From: a virus
Lineage: Duplodnaviria > Caudoviricetes
IMG/VR virus record: IMGVR_UViG_3300027121_000002
Coordinates: 2,120-66,119 of that record
DNA: 64,000 nt
Strand: one strand, 5' to 3'
The translations under genes were made by a program, and so were the position numbers. Positions within the stretch are counted from its first letter, which is position 1, and every line of letters starts with the position of its first letter. Positions 46,755 to 56,260 of the stretch are shown here, one piece after another. Below the pieces are notes generated by a model. That model was given only the letters and a program-made list of their open reading frames with translations. It did not search any database and was not told the DNA's origin.

Positions 46755-47528
46755 TCATCTTTTATTCCTGTTATAAGTTGCTCTTACGGCATCAAAAGAT
46801 ACTCTATCCTTTTCCTTCTCATCATCAGGAAGTTGGGAGTATGGAGTATCTGCAAGTTTTGCTCTTTTTGCTTTCTTTTCTGGTGTTTGGTCTGTGCTTG
46901 TTCTCGCAGTTTTTGCCCATCCCTGATGAACTGCATCAGCACCTGCTTCTCTTGAAGTGCCACTTCCACTTCTTAATCCTCTTCTAATCGCACGAAGAGC
47001 AGCAGCAGCAGAGGAACGATTTGCTGCCCTACCAAAAGAACGCTTATCACCAGATGCTCTACCATATCCATATCTTGAATCTAATGCTGCATCAGATGCT
47101 TTTTCATATTCACTATCTTCTTTCTCCATAATATCATCTCTCCAATCTTCACTCATATTCACCATAATTGCTTCTGCTGCTTCTGGGGTTTCGGCATATC
47201 CTTCATCAAGTAAGTGTGAGAGGATGATGTCGTAAATGTCTTCCGTTATACCCATTCTTTTCCTTGCTCTTTCCTTTTCTTGCTTACTTGCGGCACGAAC
47301 TCCTGATAATACTTGTCTGTCGTATTTGCGCTTACTTTTTGGTAATCTCTGTGGTCCTCTTACATAAGTAACACCACCAAGAGTTCCTTGACTACTTCTG
47401 CTTTGTGATAATTCTGGAGTTATTAAAGGTCGTCCGTGTCTCTGATTATACTGAAATCTTCCTCCTTCGGCACCTTCAACAACTTCCATATATGCTTCTT
47501 GAAGGGCACGAATTTCTTGTGAGTTCAT
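46755..47528 (-). CDS. Modular late protein with C-terminal RyR-like domain, inserted between split gp41 halves
   Basis: MNSQEIRALQEAY tag; YDIILSHLLDEGYA module; VHQGWAK...TPYSQLPDDEKEKDR. Confidence 0.75.
   Translation of the reverse strand: MNSQEIRALQEAYMEVVEGAEGGRFQYNQRHGRPLITPELSQSRSSQGTLGGVTYVRGPQRLPKSKRKYDRQVLSGVRAASKQEKERARKRMGITEDIYDIILSHLLDEGYAETPEAAEAIMVNMSEDWRDDIMEKEDSEYEKASDAALDSRYGYGRASGDKRSFGRAANRSSAAAALRAIRRGLRSGSGTSREAGADAVHQGWAKTARTSTDQTPEKKAKRAKLADTPYSQLPDDEKEKDRVSFDAVRATYNRNKR
47137..47234. repeat. 98-bp dispersed direct repeat, copy 2
   Basis: 96/98 identical to 3227..3324. Confidence 0.95.
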
Positions 47529-47553
47529 CTTTTTTTTTATTTTATAATTTTAT

Positions 47554-48189
47554 TTATAGTTTTAACTTCCTAAACCTAATTTTAACTTTGGTTTCTGGAT
47601 GAACACAACCAGCAAGTGCGATATTAAGAGTTTTGTTAGGAAGACCCCCTTTGGTAATTTTGTTAAAATATTCCAAATCAAATGGGATTTTGTCTTCTTT
47701 TCTGTGATAAGAGTCATATCGTTCTTGGTAATCTTTTAGGTAATCGTGTCCAATGTGGCTATCAAATCCAATAGCAAGTGCTTCTTGTAAAATTGTTGGA
47801 ATGGAATCTCTAGATTTCTTTTCATCTTGCCCGTCAGCAATTTTAATACTTTCCATAAGAGCAAGATAAATTGCTCGATCTTTACACCACTTTTCAGTAG
47901 TATCTATCAACCACTGTTTATCTGCTGGTGCATCATCAAGTTTAGAAATATAATCACAAATAATTTTGTAAGTATCTTCTGTAATATCAGTTCTTTTTTC
48001 TGTTTCAATCAAAAGAACTTCTTTTGTTGCTAGTTGTTCATAGGCAACAATGAATTTACAAATCTCTTCAAAAACTACTTTCTCGTGAAGATTTTCAAAA
48101 TATTCATTTTTAATAAAAGGTAATACTTTTCTACAATAATCATTATTGAAAAGTAAATTTCTCAAAATAGTAGTTTCGACTTTTTCCAT
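47554..48189 (-). CDS. gp41: Replicative helicase N-terminal fragment with 17-aa N-intein
   Basis: TEKWCKDRAIY; NKITKGGLPNKTLNIALAG|CVHPETKVKIRFRKLKL*. Confidence 0.95.
   Translation of the reverse strand: MEKVETTILRNLLFNNDYCRKVLPFIKNEYFENLHEKVVFEEICKFIVAYEQLATKEVLLIETEKRTDITEDTYKIICDYISKLDDAPADKQWLIDTTEKWCKDRAIYLALMESIKIADGQDEKKSRDSIPTILQEALAIGFDSHIGHDYLKDYQERYDSYHRKEDKIPFDLEYFNKITKGGLPNKTLNIALAGCVHPETKVKIRFRKLKL
47557..47607 (-). mobile_element. Ultra-short split intein N-fragment (17 aa)
   Basis: Block A CVHPETKV interrupts Walker A AG|TGVGKS. Confidence 0.9.
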
Positions 48190-48200
48190 TACTCCTCTAT

Positions 48201-48752
48201 CTATGGATTTCGTTTATGGTGTGGAGCATCAAATACAAAAGTAATTCTGACTTCATCACCAATATTTTCAGCACTATGGGGAAGTTTATTGTTAAACCAA
48301 AAGAAGGTTCCAGGTTCAACAATCACAGTTTCATCCCCCACACTATACCTGTATTTTCCTTGAATGGAAAGGTGATATCTATCCTTTGTAAGATAATAAG
48401 TTCCCTCATCGATATGAGTTCCAACAATCTCCCCAACAGGTAAAGAGAGAAAAGCACAACGACGTATTTTTTTAAAATATGTCTTTAAGAATTTAAGAAC
48501 TTCTGTGTGCTTTTCATATGCTGGTGTTTGAATACAAATTTCAGTATCACCAACATATTGTCCTTCCTTTTCTATTCCACCAATTATCAACTGAAGAACA
48601 TCAACTGTAACAGTATATTTTGTTGGGTCAAGTTGTTCTATTTTTTTATCTTTAATATTCTTTTGTGATCCCCAGTCCTCTGGATATTGTTTTATTTGTT
48701 CTAATATTTTAGATACATCAATTCCAGTTTTTATAACTCGAATATTTTCCAT
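48201..48752 (-). CDS. Asp/Asn beta-hydroxylase-like 2OG-Fe(II) oxygenase
   Basis: HID..YY...DRYHL; FNN..PH...N....RITFVFD. Confidence 0.85.
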   Translation of the reverse strand: MENIRVIKTGIDVSKILEQIKQYPEDWGSQKNIKDKKIEQLDPTKYTVTVDVLQLIIGGIEKEGQYVGDTEICIQTPAYEKHTEVLKFLKTYFKKIRRCAFLSLPVGEIVGTHIDEGTYYLTKDRYHLSIQGKYRYSVGDETVIVEPGTFFWFNNKLPHSAENIGDEVRITFVFDAPHHKRNP

Positions 48753-49756
48753 TATCCATAAGAAAATTCCTTTTTTGCTGCTTCATCAATTGCTTGCATC
48801 ACTTCTGGTGTGAAATATTTCTCTGGATTTTCATTAATAGTTTTTCCAAATTGAGTTGTGCCATCTCCGACATCATAACGAGTTCCCACCTTCTTAAAGA
48901 TTTCATACTTTTCAGCAAGATCAAGAAGACCATAATACTTATCAAGACCACGTTCATCATAATACAAACGCACCTCCACTTCTTTGTTTTCTTTACTCAA
49001 ACGAGACTTTTGTGTCTTACATTTGATGATATTGCCAACAACTTCTGTTCCATCCTTTTCTTTTTTCTTAGAAAGATAAATGATAGAAGATGCTGCATAT
49101 TTAAGACCAGAACCACCACTCATTTCTTTCATAGGAACATAAGAACCCACAACATCATAAGTGTGATTAGTCACAATCATTGGAATGTTTACTTGACCCA
49201 GTTTAAGAGTAAGCATACGGAAAGCACCTTTCACCAATTGGGATTTAGTCATATCCCTTACCTGCTTGTCATTCAAACTATCTTCAATTTCTTTCGTTGT
49301 AGAAAGCATACCAAGACTATCAAGAACAAACATACAAGGTTTACGTTCTTCTGGTTTTTTCTTTTGATATAAATCAACTGCTTTGAGTGCCTTTGATCTA
49401 AACTCCTCAATTGTAACTACATTAATAACTACAATTCTAGAAACATCAAGTCCTCTACTTTCGAGCATTGATTTTGTTACTGCAGCCTCAGTATCAAAGT
49501 AGAGACAATAACCATCGGAGTGAGTATCAAGAAAATTCTTAACCACAGCGAGAGAGAAGAAAGTTTTTCCAGTAGAAGACTCTCCAGCAATAGCAGTAAT
49601 TTTATTCCCAGATACACCACCAAATATGCTACCTGAAACCAGTGCATTAAAAATATACGAACCCGTGTCAACATAAGTCTCAGTTTCATCAATATCCGAG
49701 GCAAGAGATGCATATTCTCCGCCAATTTCTTTTACAATATCTTTTAAAAAATCCAT
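48752..49756 (-). CDS. uvsX: RecA-like recombinase
   Basis: AGESSTGKT; FDTE; LDSLG; TNHTY; [10 protein letters not shown]. Confidence 0.96.
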   Translation of the reverse strand: MDFLKDIVKEIGGEYASLASDIDETETYVDTGSYIFNALVSGSIFGGVSGNKITAIAGESSTGKTFFSLAVVKNFLDTHSDGYCLYFDTEAAVTKSMLESRGLDVSRIVVINVVTIEEFRSKALKAVDLYQKKKPEERKPCMFVLDSLGMLSTTKEIEDSLNDKQVRDMTKSQLVKGAFRMLTLKLGQVNIPMIVTNHTYDVVGSYVPMKEMSGGSGLKYAASSIIYLSKKKEKDGTEVVGNIIKCKTQKSRLSKENKEVEVRLYYDERGLDKYYGLLDLAEKYEIFKKVGTRYDVGDGTTQFGKTINENPEKYFTPEVMQAIDEAAKKEFSYG

Positions 49757-52251
49757 TAGTTAAAAAACGATTCTAAGTTTACAGTTTTTTCCACTTTCCA
49801 GTTAATTGCATCCAAAATGACTTTCATCGGTTCCAAAAATGCTTTACTGAATTGTAGGTCATAATCAATATATTTGTCTAGTCCAAATTCCTTTGGAAAT
49901 TCTTGAATATAAGAAATTACGTTTTCGTGAATTGGATTTGGAAGTTTCAAATAACAAAATTTAATCTTTTCCCCATTTTGAATTTTCGCATACTTCTTAT
50001 CCAACTTCTTTTCTTTAATTAGATGATTATAAAGAATTGCTCCCCTTGCGTGAATTGGAGTTCCTTTACTATAAAGAGTCGATGAAGATTTATGTTTATT
50101 CACATCATTAATTGAACGTGGAAATGAAATTTCTTCTGGAGGAAGTTGATTAAATGTTTTACGAAAATTATCTATAAAGGAAATCAGTTCGTCTTCTGTT
50201 TTAGTCATCACAATTTTAAGAGCATCTTTAATCTTTTGACGACAAGGAGCAGGAGTAGAAGATTTAACTGCTTCCAATCCCATAATCTTTAATTTAGGTT
50301 CATCATAACGAACACCTTCACTATCCCAAACATTCAAGATATAACGCTTTTTGGCAGTCCAGATTCCACGGTCAGCAATATTTTCCCGTTTCATCTGCAT
50401 CTTCTGGTCGTAAGCATTCACATAGTCCGCCAATTCTTGGTAAGAACTCTCAATATATTTTTCAAATTCCATCTTACAGACCTTATCAAGGAACCCAACA
50501 ATTTCCTCAGTAGTTTTTTCTCTTCCTTTGTATACAGTCTCAACAAAAGGACCCATATTAAGATAGATAGAATCAGTATCTGAAGCAATAACATAATCAA
50601 CATCATTTGTTTTAAGAATTTTGTTTAAGTATGAGTTCATTTTACCTTCAATCCAACGAATGGAAACTTGTCCAGACATTGTGATTGCTTCGGCATTTGC
50701 TAGTTTATAATACCTGAAATACTGATTTCCAATAGCACCGTAAGCACTATTAAGAGAAATCTTTTTTGCCATTTGGATGTTGTTGCATCTTGCAATCTCC
50801 TTTTCCAATTCTTTTGTCTTGGTTTTTTCATATTGCTGTTTCGCAACCAACATCTTTTTCTTGAAGATTACACGGTCGTTATACATTTTCTCCATTAGTT
50901 CTGGAAGAAACCCACGAACATCTTTACGATACATTGCACCATTCGGGCATATCGCATATTCATTATAATTATCAAATTTGACTTGACGATTTAATATCCT
51001 TTCAACAGTTGCGCTGGGATGTCTTTCTTCCAAGAGTGTCTCTGGTGAGATATTGTACTGCATAATAAGGTGAGGATAAAGAGAATTAAGGTCAAAAGAA
51101 ACAACCCAATCATACTTTCCTGGAATCGGTTCCTTGACATATGCCCCCGCAAATTTATCACTCTTTTCTGAACGGTCCTTAGGAGGAATAACAATATTCC
51201 TTTTCTTTAAGTAGTTATAAATGATTGCATCCCAAGTTCTTACCTGAAAGAACACATCATTGAAATTGACCTTAGCATCATATGCCATCGTAAAACATAG
51301 TTCGATGAGTTTCATCTTGTCTTCCAATTGGTCTACAAGTTCTACGTCTCGAATGTTGTAATCAATAAACTTTTGCCAATCTTTTGTATAAAAATCTTTA
51401 AAAGTCTCAAACTCAGAGTGATCCAATTTCTTTTGACCTAGTTCAACATTAGCAATATGGTCTAGACGATAAGATTCCTGTGCCTTATAAGTAAATTTCT
51501 TATAAAGGTCAAGATAATCAATAACAGAAACCCCAGCAACTTCATAAGAGATTTGTTCTCTTCCTTTAATTACAAGTTCTTTTCTTCGAATATTCCCCCA
51601 AGGAGAAAGACGACGTGCTTCCTTTTCACCGAGAATTCTATCAATTCTTCCAGCAATATAAGGAATATCATACAACTCACAGTTCCAACCTGTAATTACA
51701 TCAGGAGTTTCCTTTTCCCAAAATGCGAGAAAGTGTTGAATCAAATCAATTTCATCCCTACATTCAACATACATAACATCCTTACGAGTATTAATATAAG
51801 GACGAGAAGCAAAGCAAATAATATGCTTTGTTGCGTAATTTTGTAAGGTAATTGCTAGAAGTTCTTCCGCACAATCAAATACATTTGGGAATCCATTTTC
51901 AGAAGCAACCTCAATGTCGATTGTTGCAAGACGAATTTTCTTAATATCAAACTTAATTTCATCTTCTGGATAAGTTTCAGAAATATATTGTGCTTTGTAA
52001 TTATCATTACCGTAAACAGTAAATCCTTCTACATTTTCATATTTCTTCAAAAAATCCTTGCAGTCAGAAATCTTTCCAGGTTGAATTGGTTCAACACTCA
52101 ACCCATCAAGAGTCTTATACTCACTTTGTTTTTTGGAAGTCACATAGAGAGTTGGTTGGAACTCTTCTTCTGATTGAAAATACCTACCGTCTTCATAACC
52201 ACGAACCAACATTTTATTAAATTTTTCATAGACGTTGGTATAAAATCTCAT
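49756..52251 (-). CDS. gp43: Family B DNA polymerase
   Basis: DIE exonuclease; SFDLNSLYP; KISLNSAYG; SDTDS. Confidence 0.98.
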   Translation of the reverse strand: MRFYTNVYEKFNKMLVRGYEDGRYFQSEEEFQPTLYVTSKKQSEYKTLDGLSVEPIQPGKISDCKDFLKKYENVEGFTVYGNDNYKAQYISETYPEDEIKFDIKKIRLATIDIEVASENGFPNVFDCAEELLAITLQNYATKHIICFASRPYINTRKDVMYVECRDEIDLIQHFLAFWEKETPDVITGWNCELYDIPYIAGRIDRILGEKEARRLSPWGNIRRKELVIKGREQISYEVAGVSVIDYLDLYKKFTYKAQESYRLDHIANVELGQKKLDHSEFETFKDFYTKDWQKFIDYNIRDVELVDQLEDKMKLIELCFTMAYDAKVNFNDVFFQVRTWDAIIYNYLKKRNIVIPPKDRSEKSDKFAGAYVKEPIPGKYDWVVSFDLNSLYPHLIMQYNISPETLLEERHPSATVERILNRQVKFDNYNEYAICPNGAMYRKDVRGFLPELMEKMYNDRVIFKKKMLVAKQQYEKTKTKELEKEIARCNNIQMAKKISLNSAYGAIGNQYFRYYKLANAEAITMSGQVSIRWIEGKMNSYLNKILKTNDVDYVIASDTDSIYLNMGPFVETVYKGREKTTEEIVGFLDKVCKMEFEKYIESSYQELADYVNAYDQKMQMKRENIADRGIWTAKKRYILNVWDSEGVRYDEPKLKIMGLEAVKSSTPAPCRQKIKDALKIVMTKTEDELISFIDNFRKTFNQLPPEEISFPRSINDVNKHKSSSTLYSKGTPIHARGAILYNHLIKEKKLDKKYAKIQNGEKIKFCYLKLPNPIHENVISYIQEFPKEFGLDKYIDYDLQFSKAFLEPMKVILDAINWKVEKTVNLESFFN

Positions 52252-52571
52252 TTTACAAGTTCAGTGTATTCATCAAGTAATTTTCCAGTCGGTTCAACAA
52301 GAGTTAAAATCTTGTCTGAACTCATCATAATTTCTTCGTCATTTGTAATTCCCTTTAACCAAGGAGAAAGACTTCCATCATCAGAAATCAAATATGGTTT
52401 TATTAACCTACAATTTGGTTCTCCAAAATCAACCAATACTTCTTGAATTTCAGTGATTAAATTCAACTGATTCATTAAGATTAGAACTTGAACTGTCGGG
52501 TCTGACATCACTTGTTGTTTCATTGGTTCCCCCATCATTTGGTCCATTGACATTGTGATTTCCTCTTCCAT
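52248..52571 (-). CDS. Conserved hypothetical protein
   Basis: GEPNCRLIKPY..LSPWL..SDKILTLVEP. Confidence 0.8.
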   Translation of the reverse strand: MEEEITMSMDQMMGEPMKQQVMSDPTVQVLILMNQLNLITEIQEVLVDFGEPNCRLIKPYLISDDGSLSPWLKGITNDEEIMMSSDKILTLVEPTGKLLDEYTELVK

Positions 52572-52884
52572 TCATTCTATCCTCATAAGATTTCTTTAAA
52601 GTTGCTGCTGGTTCTACAATTGTAACCACCCAATCTGGATTAATTGCGATATCAGTATCATCGGACAAGGGCATCCAAGGATATACTGAGATATTATATG
52701 CTCTGGTTTCTAACTGTTCTGAATCTTCCATCAAAACTTGTGGCCGAGTCAGTTTTACGACATAAGGGTCAGAAAAAATATAAGAAACAGTTTTATTTGT
52801 TTCTTCTGAAATTGCTTCTCTAATATCTGCGATTACATCTTCGCCAGATTTCAATAGTGCGAGTTTTACAGTCATTTTATTCAC
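52450..52884 (-). CDS. Conserved hypothetical protein
   Basis: KLALLKSGEDVIADI..PW.PLS..DWVVTIVEP. Confidence 0.8.
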   Translation of the reverse strand: MNKMTVKLALLKSGEDVIADIREAISEETNKTVSYIFSDPYVVKLTRPQVLMEDSEQLETRAYNISVYPWMPLSDDTDIAINPDWVVTIVEPAATLKKSYEDRMNGRGNHNVNGPNDGGTNETTSDVRPDSSSSNLNESVEFNH

Positions 52885-52921
52885 ATACCTGTTGTAATTT
52901 TAACAAAAAAATGGGGAGGCG

Positions 52922-53515
52922 TCAAGTTTCTTCTCTCTTTTTTGCTTCTCTCTTTTTTGCTTCTCTTATCTTAGCTGCCTCACTCATTTTTCTTTTTGTT
53001 TCTTCGCTCATTTGCTTTTTTGCTTTACTCATTTTTCTTTTTGTTTCTTCACTTTTTGGTTTTCCACATAAAGATTTACTCAACTTTTCCTTAGTTTTAT
53101 CGGAAAGTTTTCTACCCTTATATAAGTTAGAAAGGTAAAGTTTAGCATCTTCTGGAAATATTCTACCTTTACTTTTCTCACCTATCTTTTTTTTAGTTTC
53201 TTCACTATGTTTTCTATTACGCATTTTTTGTTTAGTTTCTTCTGTATGAGAAACAAATACAGGAGGAGCATCACCCCCATCAGTCTTATTTTCTAATATT
53301 CCAGTTTTTTTATTTTTTCTCCCCAATATACTTATTATATAAACTTCGTGTCTATATGCTTCATTTTCACTTAAATTTTTCTTTAATAAAATAATTTTAT
53401 CGTTGGTGGGCACCCTAACTGAATGATTTTTATCCCAGGCTCTATTGCCCTTTCCCTTACCAATATAATAAGGAATATTATTTTCATCAAAATAAGCATA
53501 GGTATAATAATTCAT
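52922..53515 (-). CDS. Homing endonuclease (GIY-YIG-like, NUMOD3 repeats)
   Basis: YYTYAYFDENNIPYYIGKG; LENKTDGG; several SEETKRKMS repeats. Confidence 0.87.
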   Translation of the reverse strand: MNYYTYAYFDENNIPYYIGKGKGNRAWDKNHSVRVPTNDKIILLKKNLSENEAYRHEVYIISILGRKNKKTGILENKTDGGDAPPVFVSHTEETKQKMRNRKHSEETKKKIGEKSKGRIFPEDAKLYLSNLYKGRKLSDKTKEKLSKSLCGKPKSEETKRKMSKAKKQMSEETKRKMSEAAKIREAKKREAKKREET

Positions 53516-53550
53516 TTAAACATTCCTACCTTTTATTGGTATTTATAAAC

Positions 53551-53617
53551 AAAAAAGGGAGGATTGCTGGATTTTGCCAGTTGCCTCCCTGCGACGACGA
53601 TATTCAATTGTATTTAT
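53551..53617 (-). ncRNA. Candidate small late structured RNA / terminator
   Basis: ATAAATA then GGGAGG-CAA-CTGG-CAAAAT-CCAG-CAAT-CCTCCC and T-run. Confidence 0.4.
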
Positions 53618-53802
53618 AAACCACCACTATCACCACTTGCACCACCAGAACCAGTATCAGTTCCCTTAGAACACACCCTTTTTTTTAATCTTTTATAGAA
53701 TACTGTATTTCCATAACATTTTTCTTTTGGGTGATATGGTTTAGTTCCAAAGTCACCTTTCACTTCCTGAATTATCTCCACGAACTCCCGAAATGATTTC
53801 AT
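53614..53802 (-). CDS. Small protein with capsid-targeting-like N-terminus
   Basis: MKSFREFVEIIQE resembles the T4 internal-protein CTS MKTYQEFIAE. Confidence 0.6.
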   Translation of the reverse strand: MKSFREFVEIIQEVKGDFGTKPYHPKEKCYGNTVFYKRLKKRVCSKGTDTGSGGASGDSGGL

Positions 53803-54232
53803 AAACCTTCTTCTTTTGATGCTCTGGAATAACTCTATTTAGTTTGACAGTTAGCAATCCATCAACATAAGAAACATCACCGACAACCACATCATCCGAT
53901 AAAGTCCAGGTGCGAGTAAATGCTCTCTTTGCCAATCCCTGATGTAGATATTCATCACAAGTATCACCAGTTTTCTTTGCTTCTACAAAGAGTTTATTCC
54001 ATTCCGTAGTAACTTCAATATCTTCTCGTTTATATCCAGCAAGTGCGATTTCTAGCCTAAAATCAACACTACTTTCTTTAACTAGATTGTATGGTGGATA
54101 GTTAGTATGCGTATCAAACGCAGTATCAAACCTTTTAAACCACTCATCCATTCCAATACTATTTTTTTGAATTTCTAATAGATACTTAGCAGTTTCTGGT
54201 ACTGAATAAGTAATCGAACTTGTTCCGAACAT
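53753..54232 (-). CDS. hsp20: Small heat-shock protein
   Basis: NYPPYNL; LEIALAG; HQGLAKRAFTR; DGLL. Confidence 0.93.
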   Translation of the reverse strand: MFGTSSITYSVPETAKYLLEIQKNSIGMDEWFKRFDTAFDTHTNYPPYNLVKESSVDFRLEIALAGYKREDIEVTTEWNKLFVEAKKTGDTCDEYLHQGLAKRAFTRTWTLSDDVVVGDVSYVDGLLTVKLNRVIPEHQKKKVYEIISGVRGDNSGSER

Positions 54233-54338
54233 AATAGACCTCCTTAAAGCGTCTGTAAGTGAATAATGTCCCCGAAGGCAACATCATTAGTATATATTCA
54301 AAAATATAAAAAAGGGGAGTGATGAACTCCCCACTTTC

Positions 54339-54782
54339 TTATTCGGTTTCCTCTTCCGTGCGTTTCTTTTTGGCACCAATATTGTATTTGGTCTCTAAAA
54401 TCCAATCTGCCTTATCCTTATAGGCAAGGACTTTGATTTGATTGAGTGGAGCAATATCAGTAATCTTTTCTGGTTTGACGATTGTAATCAATCCCCAATC
54501 AGCAAGAAGTTGAATAATGCGATTGCGACGTTGTACGTCATTCGCAGTTAGATTTGCGTGTTTGCCGTCAAGAGCAAACAATTCCTTAAAGTGTACGAGG
54601 TAATACTTACCTTGCTTATGAAGAATATGGCAAGATTGATAAATTTTCTTTTCTTTACGTGATGCGACACCAATACGAGTGAGTGTTTCACGAACCTTCA
54701 AAAAATCATCAGGTTCATTCAAAATCACTTCAACCATTTGGTCTTGTGCCCAAATCACAATAGGTTCATTTACAACACTCAT
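54339..54782 (-). CDS. regA: Translational repressor
   Basis: DDFLKVRETLTRIGVAS; QSCHILHKQG.YYLVHFKE. Confidence 0.97.
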   Translation of the reverse strand: MSVVNEPIVIWAQDQMVEVILNEPDDFLKVRETLTRIGVASRKEKKIYQSCHILHKQGKYYLVHFKELFALDGKHANLTANDVQRRNRIIQLLADWGLITIVKPEKITDIAPLNQIKVLAYKDKADWILETKYNIGAKKKRTEEETE

Positions 54783-55165
54783 TTTGTTCCTCCAGTTTCA
54801 AGTTTTGATTTTATAAAATCGAGTTGTTCTTTTGTAAGAATATCCAAAGCTTGCTTTGCTTTCTCATTACTATATCCATAGTAAGATTTAACTAATTCAA
54901 GGTCTTTGATCTTTTCTTGTTTTAACCAAGGAGAGAATCTCTTCTTTTTCCTGATAATATTTATAAAAAAATCATATTGAAGTTTTTTATCTAATGAGGA
55001 GAACTTATTCATCTCATTAGCATACATCAAACAATCAATATGACCCGACAAACATCTGTTAATAATATAAGGTGCGTAATCGGTTTTGGAGGAAGGGTCT
55101 TCATCCATAATATTCTTTTTGGTTTGATTGATTGAGTTCAACCAATCCTTCAATTCAATCTTCAT
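54779..55165 (-). CDS. gp62: Clamp loader small subunit
   Basis: LKDWLNSIN; YIINR; RKKKRFSPW; YYGYSNEKA; start at 55165. Confidence 0.92.
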   Translation of the reverse strand: MKIELKDWLNSINQTKKNIMDEDPSSKTDYAPYIINRCLSGHIDCLMYANEMNKFSSLDKKLQYDFFINIIRKKKRFSPWLKQEKIKDLELVKSYYGYSNEKAKQALDILTKEQLDFIKSKLETGGTK

Positions 55166-55313
55166 TCTTATAAGTTGCTGGATGAAAATTACAATACTCA
55201 TTAAATACAATCTTACATTCTTTGTGAGTAAGATTGCAATGCTGTGCTGCTTTTGGGAGATTCCATTTAGCAACAAAAAGCATTTCCATTGCTTCTCTTG
55301 TTTCTGGTTTCAT
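55155..55313 (-). CDS. Hypothetical protein, 52 aa (not in ORF track)
   Basis: MKPETREAMEMLFVAKWNLPKAAQHCNLT...; ATGA overlap with gp44. Confidence 0.65.
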   Translation of the reverse strand: MKPETREAMEMLFVAKWNLPKAAQHCNLTHKECKIVFNEYCNFHPATYKNED

Positions 55314-56260
55314 TTAAAACTACACTCACACATAATTTCGGTTAATGCTGCTAAAAGGTTAATCTCCTGGTCAGCCACGAACGCAATTTGATATTGGTAC
55401 TTAGCAACAATAAGAACGGCAGCGGGGATAGACTGGGGTGAAAGGCAATCATAACAGGAGTCATAAATCCTGCGAAGAATGACACCAGGGTCGTTGTCCA
55501 GGTTGGAGACCACCCACTTTCGGACTTCTGGAAAGTTTTTATTTTTGAGATAATTGATAAGGTCATTTACGGCAACGTCAGAAAAGGATGCAAGAATTCC
55601 ACTATCTATTTCACCACCAACAGAGTATCTTTGGCATTCATTGAGAACTCTCCTCCAATCGGGAAAATGCTTATTGATTAGTTCGGCAAGAACTTTCGGA
55701 TTATATTTGATACTCTCTTCATCCAAGATGTTTTGCAAACGCTTGAAGAAGGATCCTGCCAACTGGGCTTTTTCTTTTCCTTTGATTGAGAACTCAACGA
55801 CAGCACATCGAGAATGGAGGGGTTCGATGATTTTGTTTTTGTAATTACAGGTAAAGATGAATCGACAGTTGTTATAAAATGCCTCAATATTTGCCCGTAG
55901 TAAGAGTTGAACGTCGTTGCCCGTGTTATCAGCCTCATCGATGATGATGACTTTGTGTTTACCAGTTCCTTGAAGTGAGACGGTCGAAGCAAAGTTCTTT
56001 GCTTGGTTCCGTACAGTATCCAGGAAACGTCCTTCGTCGGATCCGTTAATGACATAAAAATCTACCCCCATCTCATTACATAATGCCTTTGCTACTGTGG
56101 TTTTCCCCACTCCAGGAGGACCAGCAAGAAGCAAATTTGGAATCTCACCCTTATTAAGAAAATCAGTAAATGTTTTCTTAATACTCTCTGGGAGAATACA
56201 ATCTTCAATAGTCTTTGGGCGATATCGTTCCACCCACAAAAAATCTTCACGCATATTCAT
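55310..56260 (-). CDS. gp44: Clamp loader large subunit
   Basis: WVERYRP; GPPGVGKT; IIDEAD; PLHSRC. Confidence 0.96.
   Translation of the reverse strand: MNMREDFLWVERYRPKTIEDCILPESIKKTFTDFLNKGEIPNLLLAGPPGVGKTTVAKALCNEMGVDFYVINGSDEGRFLDTVRNQAKNFASTVSLQGTGKHKVIIIDEADNTGNDVQLLLRANIEAFYNNCRFIFTCNYKNKIIEPLHSRCAVVEFSIKGKEKAQLAGSFFKRLQNILDEESIKYNPKVLAELINKHFPDWRRVLNECQRYSVGGEIDSGILASFSDVAVNDLINYLKNKNFPEVRKWVVSNLDNDPGVILRRIYDSCYDCLSPQSIPAAVLIVAKYQYQIAFVADQEINLLAALTEIMCECSFK

Noticed and set aside
48794-49372. 192-aa plus-strand ORF opposite uvsX, and similar short antisense ORFs across core genes
   Set aside because: Fully overlap well-supported genes and have no recognisable domains
52930-53250. 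Periodic TTTGTTTCTTC repeats
   Set aside because: Encode NUMOD3 SEETKRKMS motifs; not a CRISPR array
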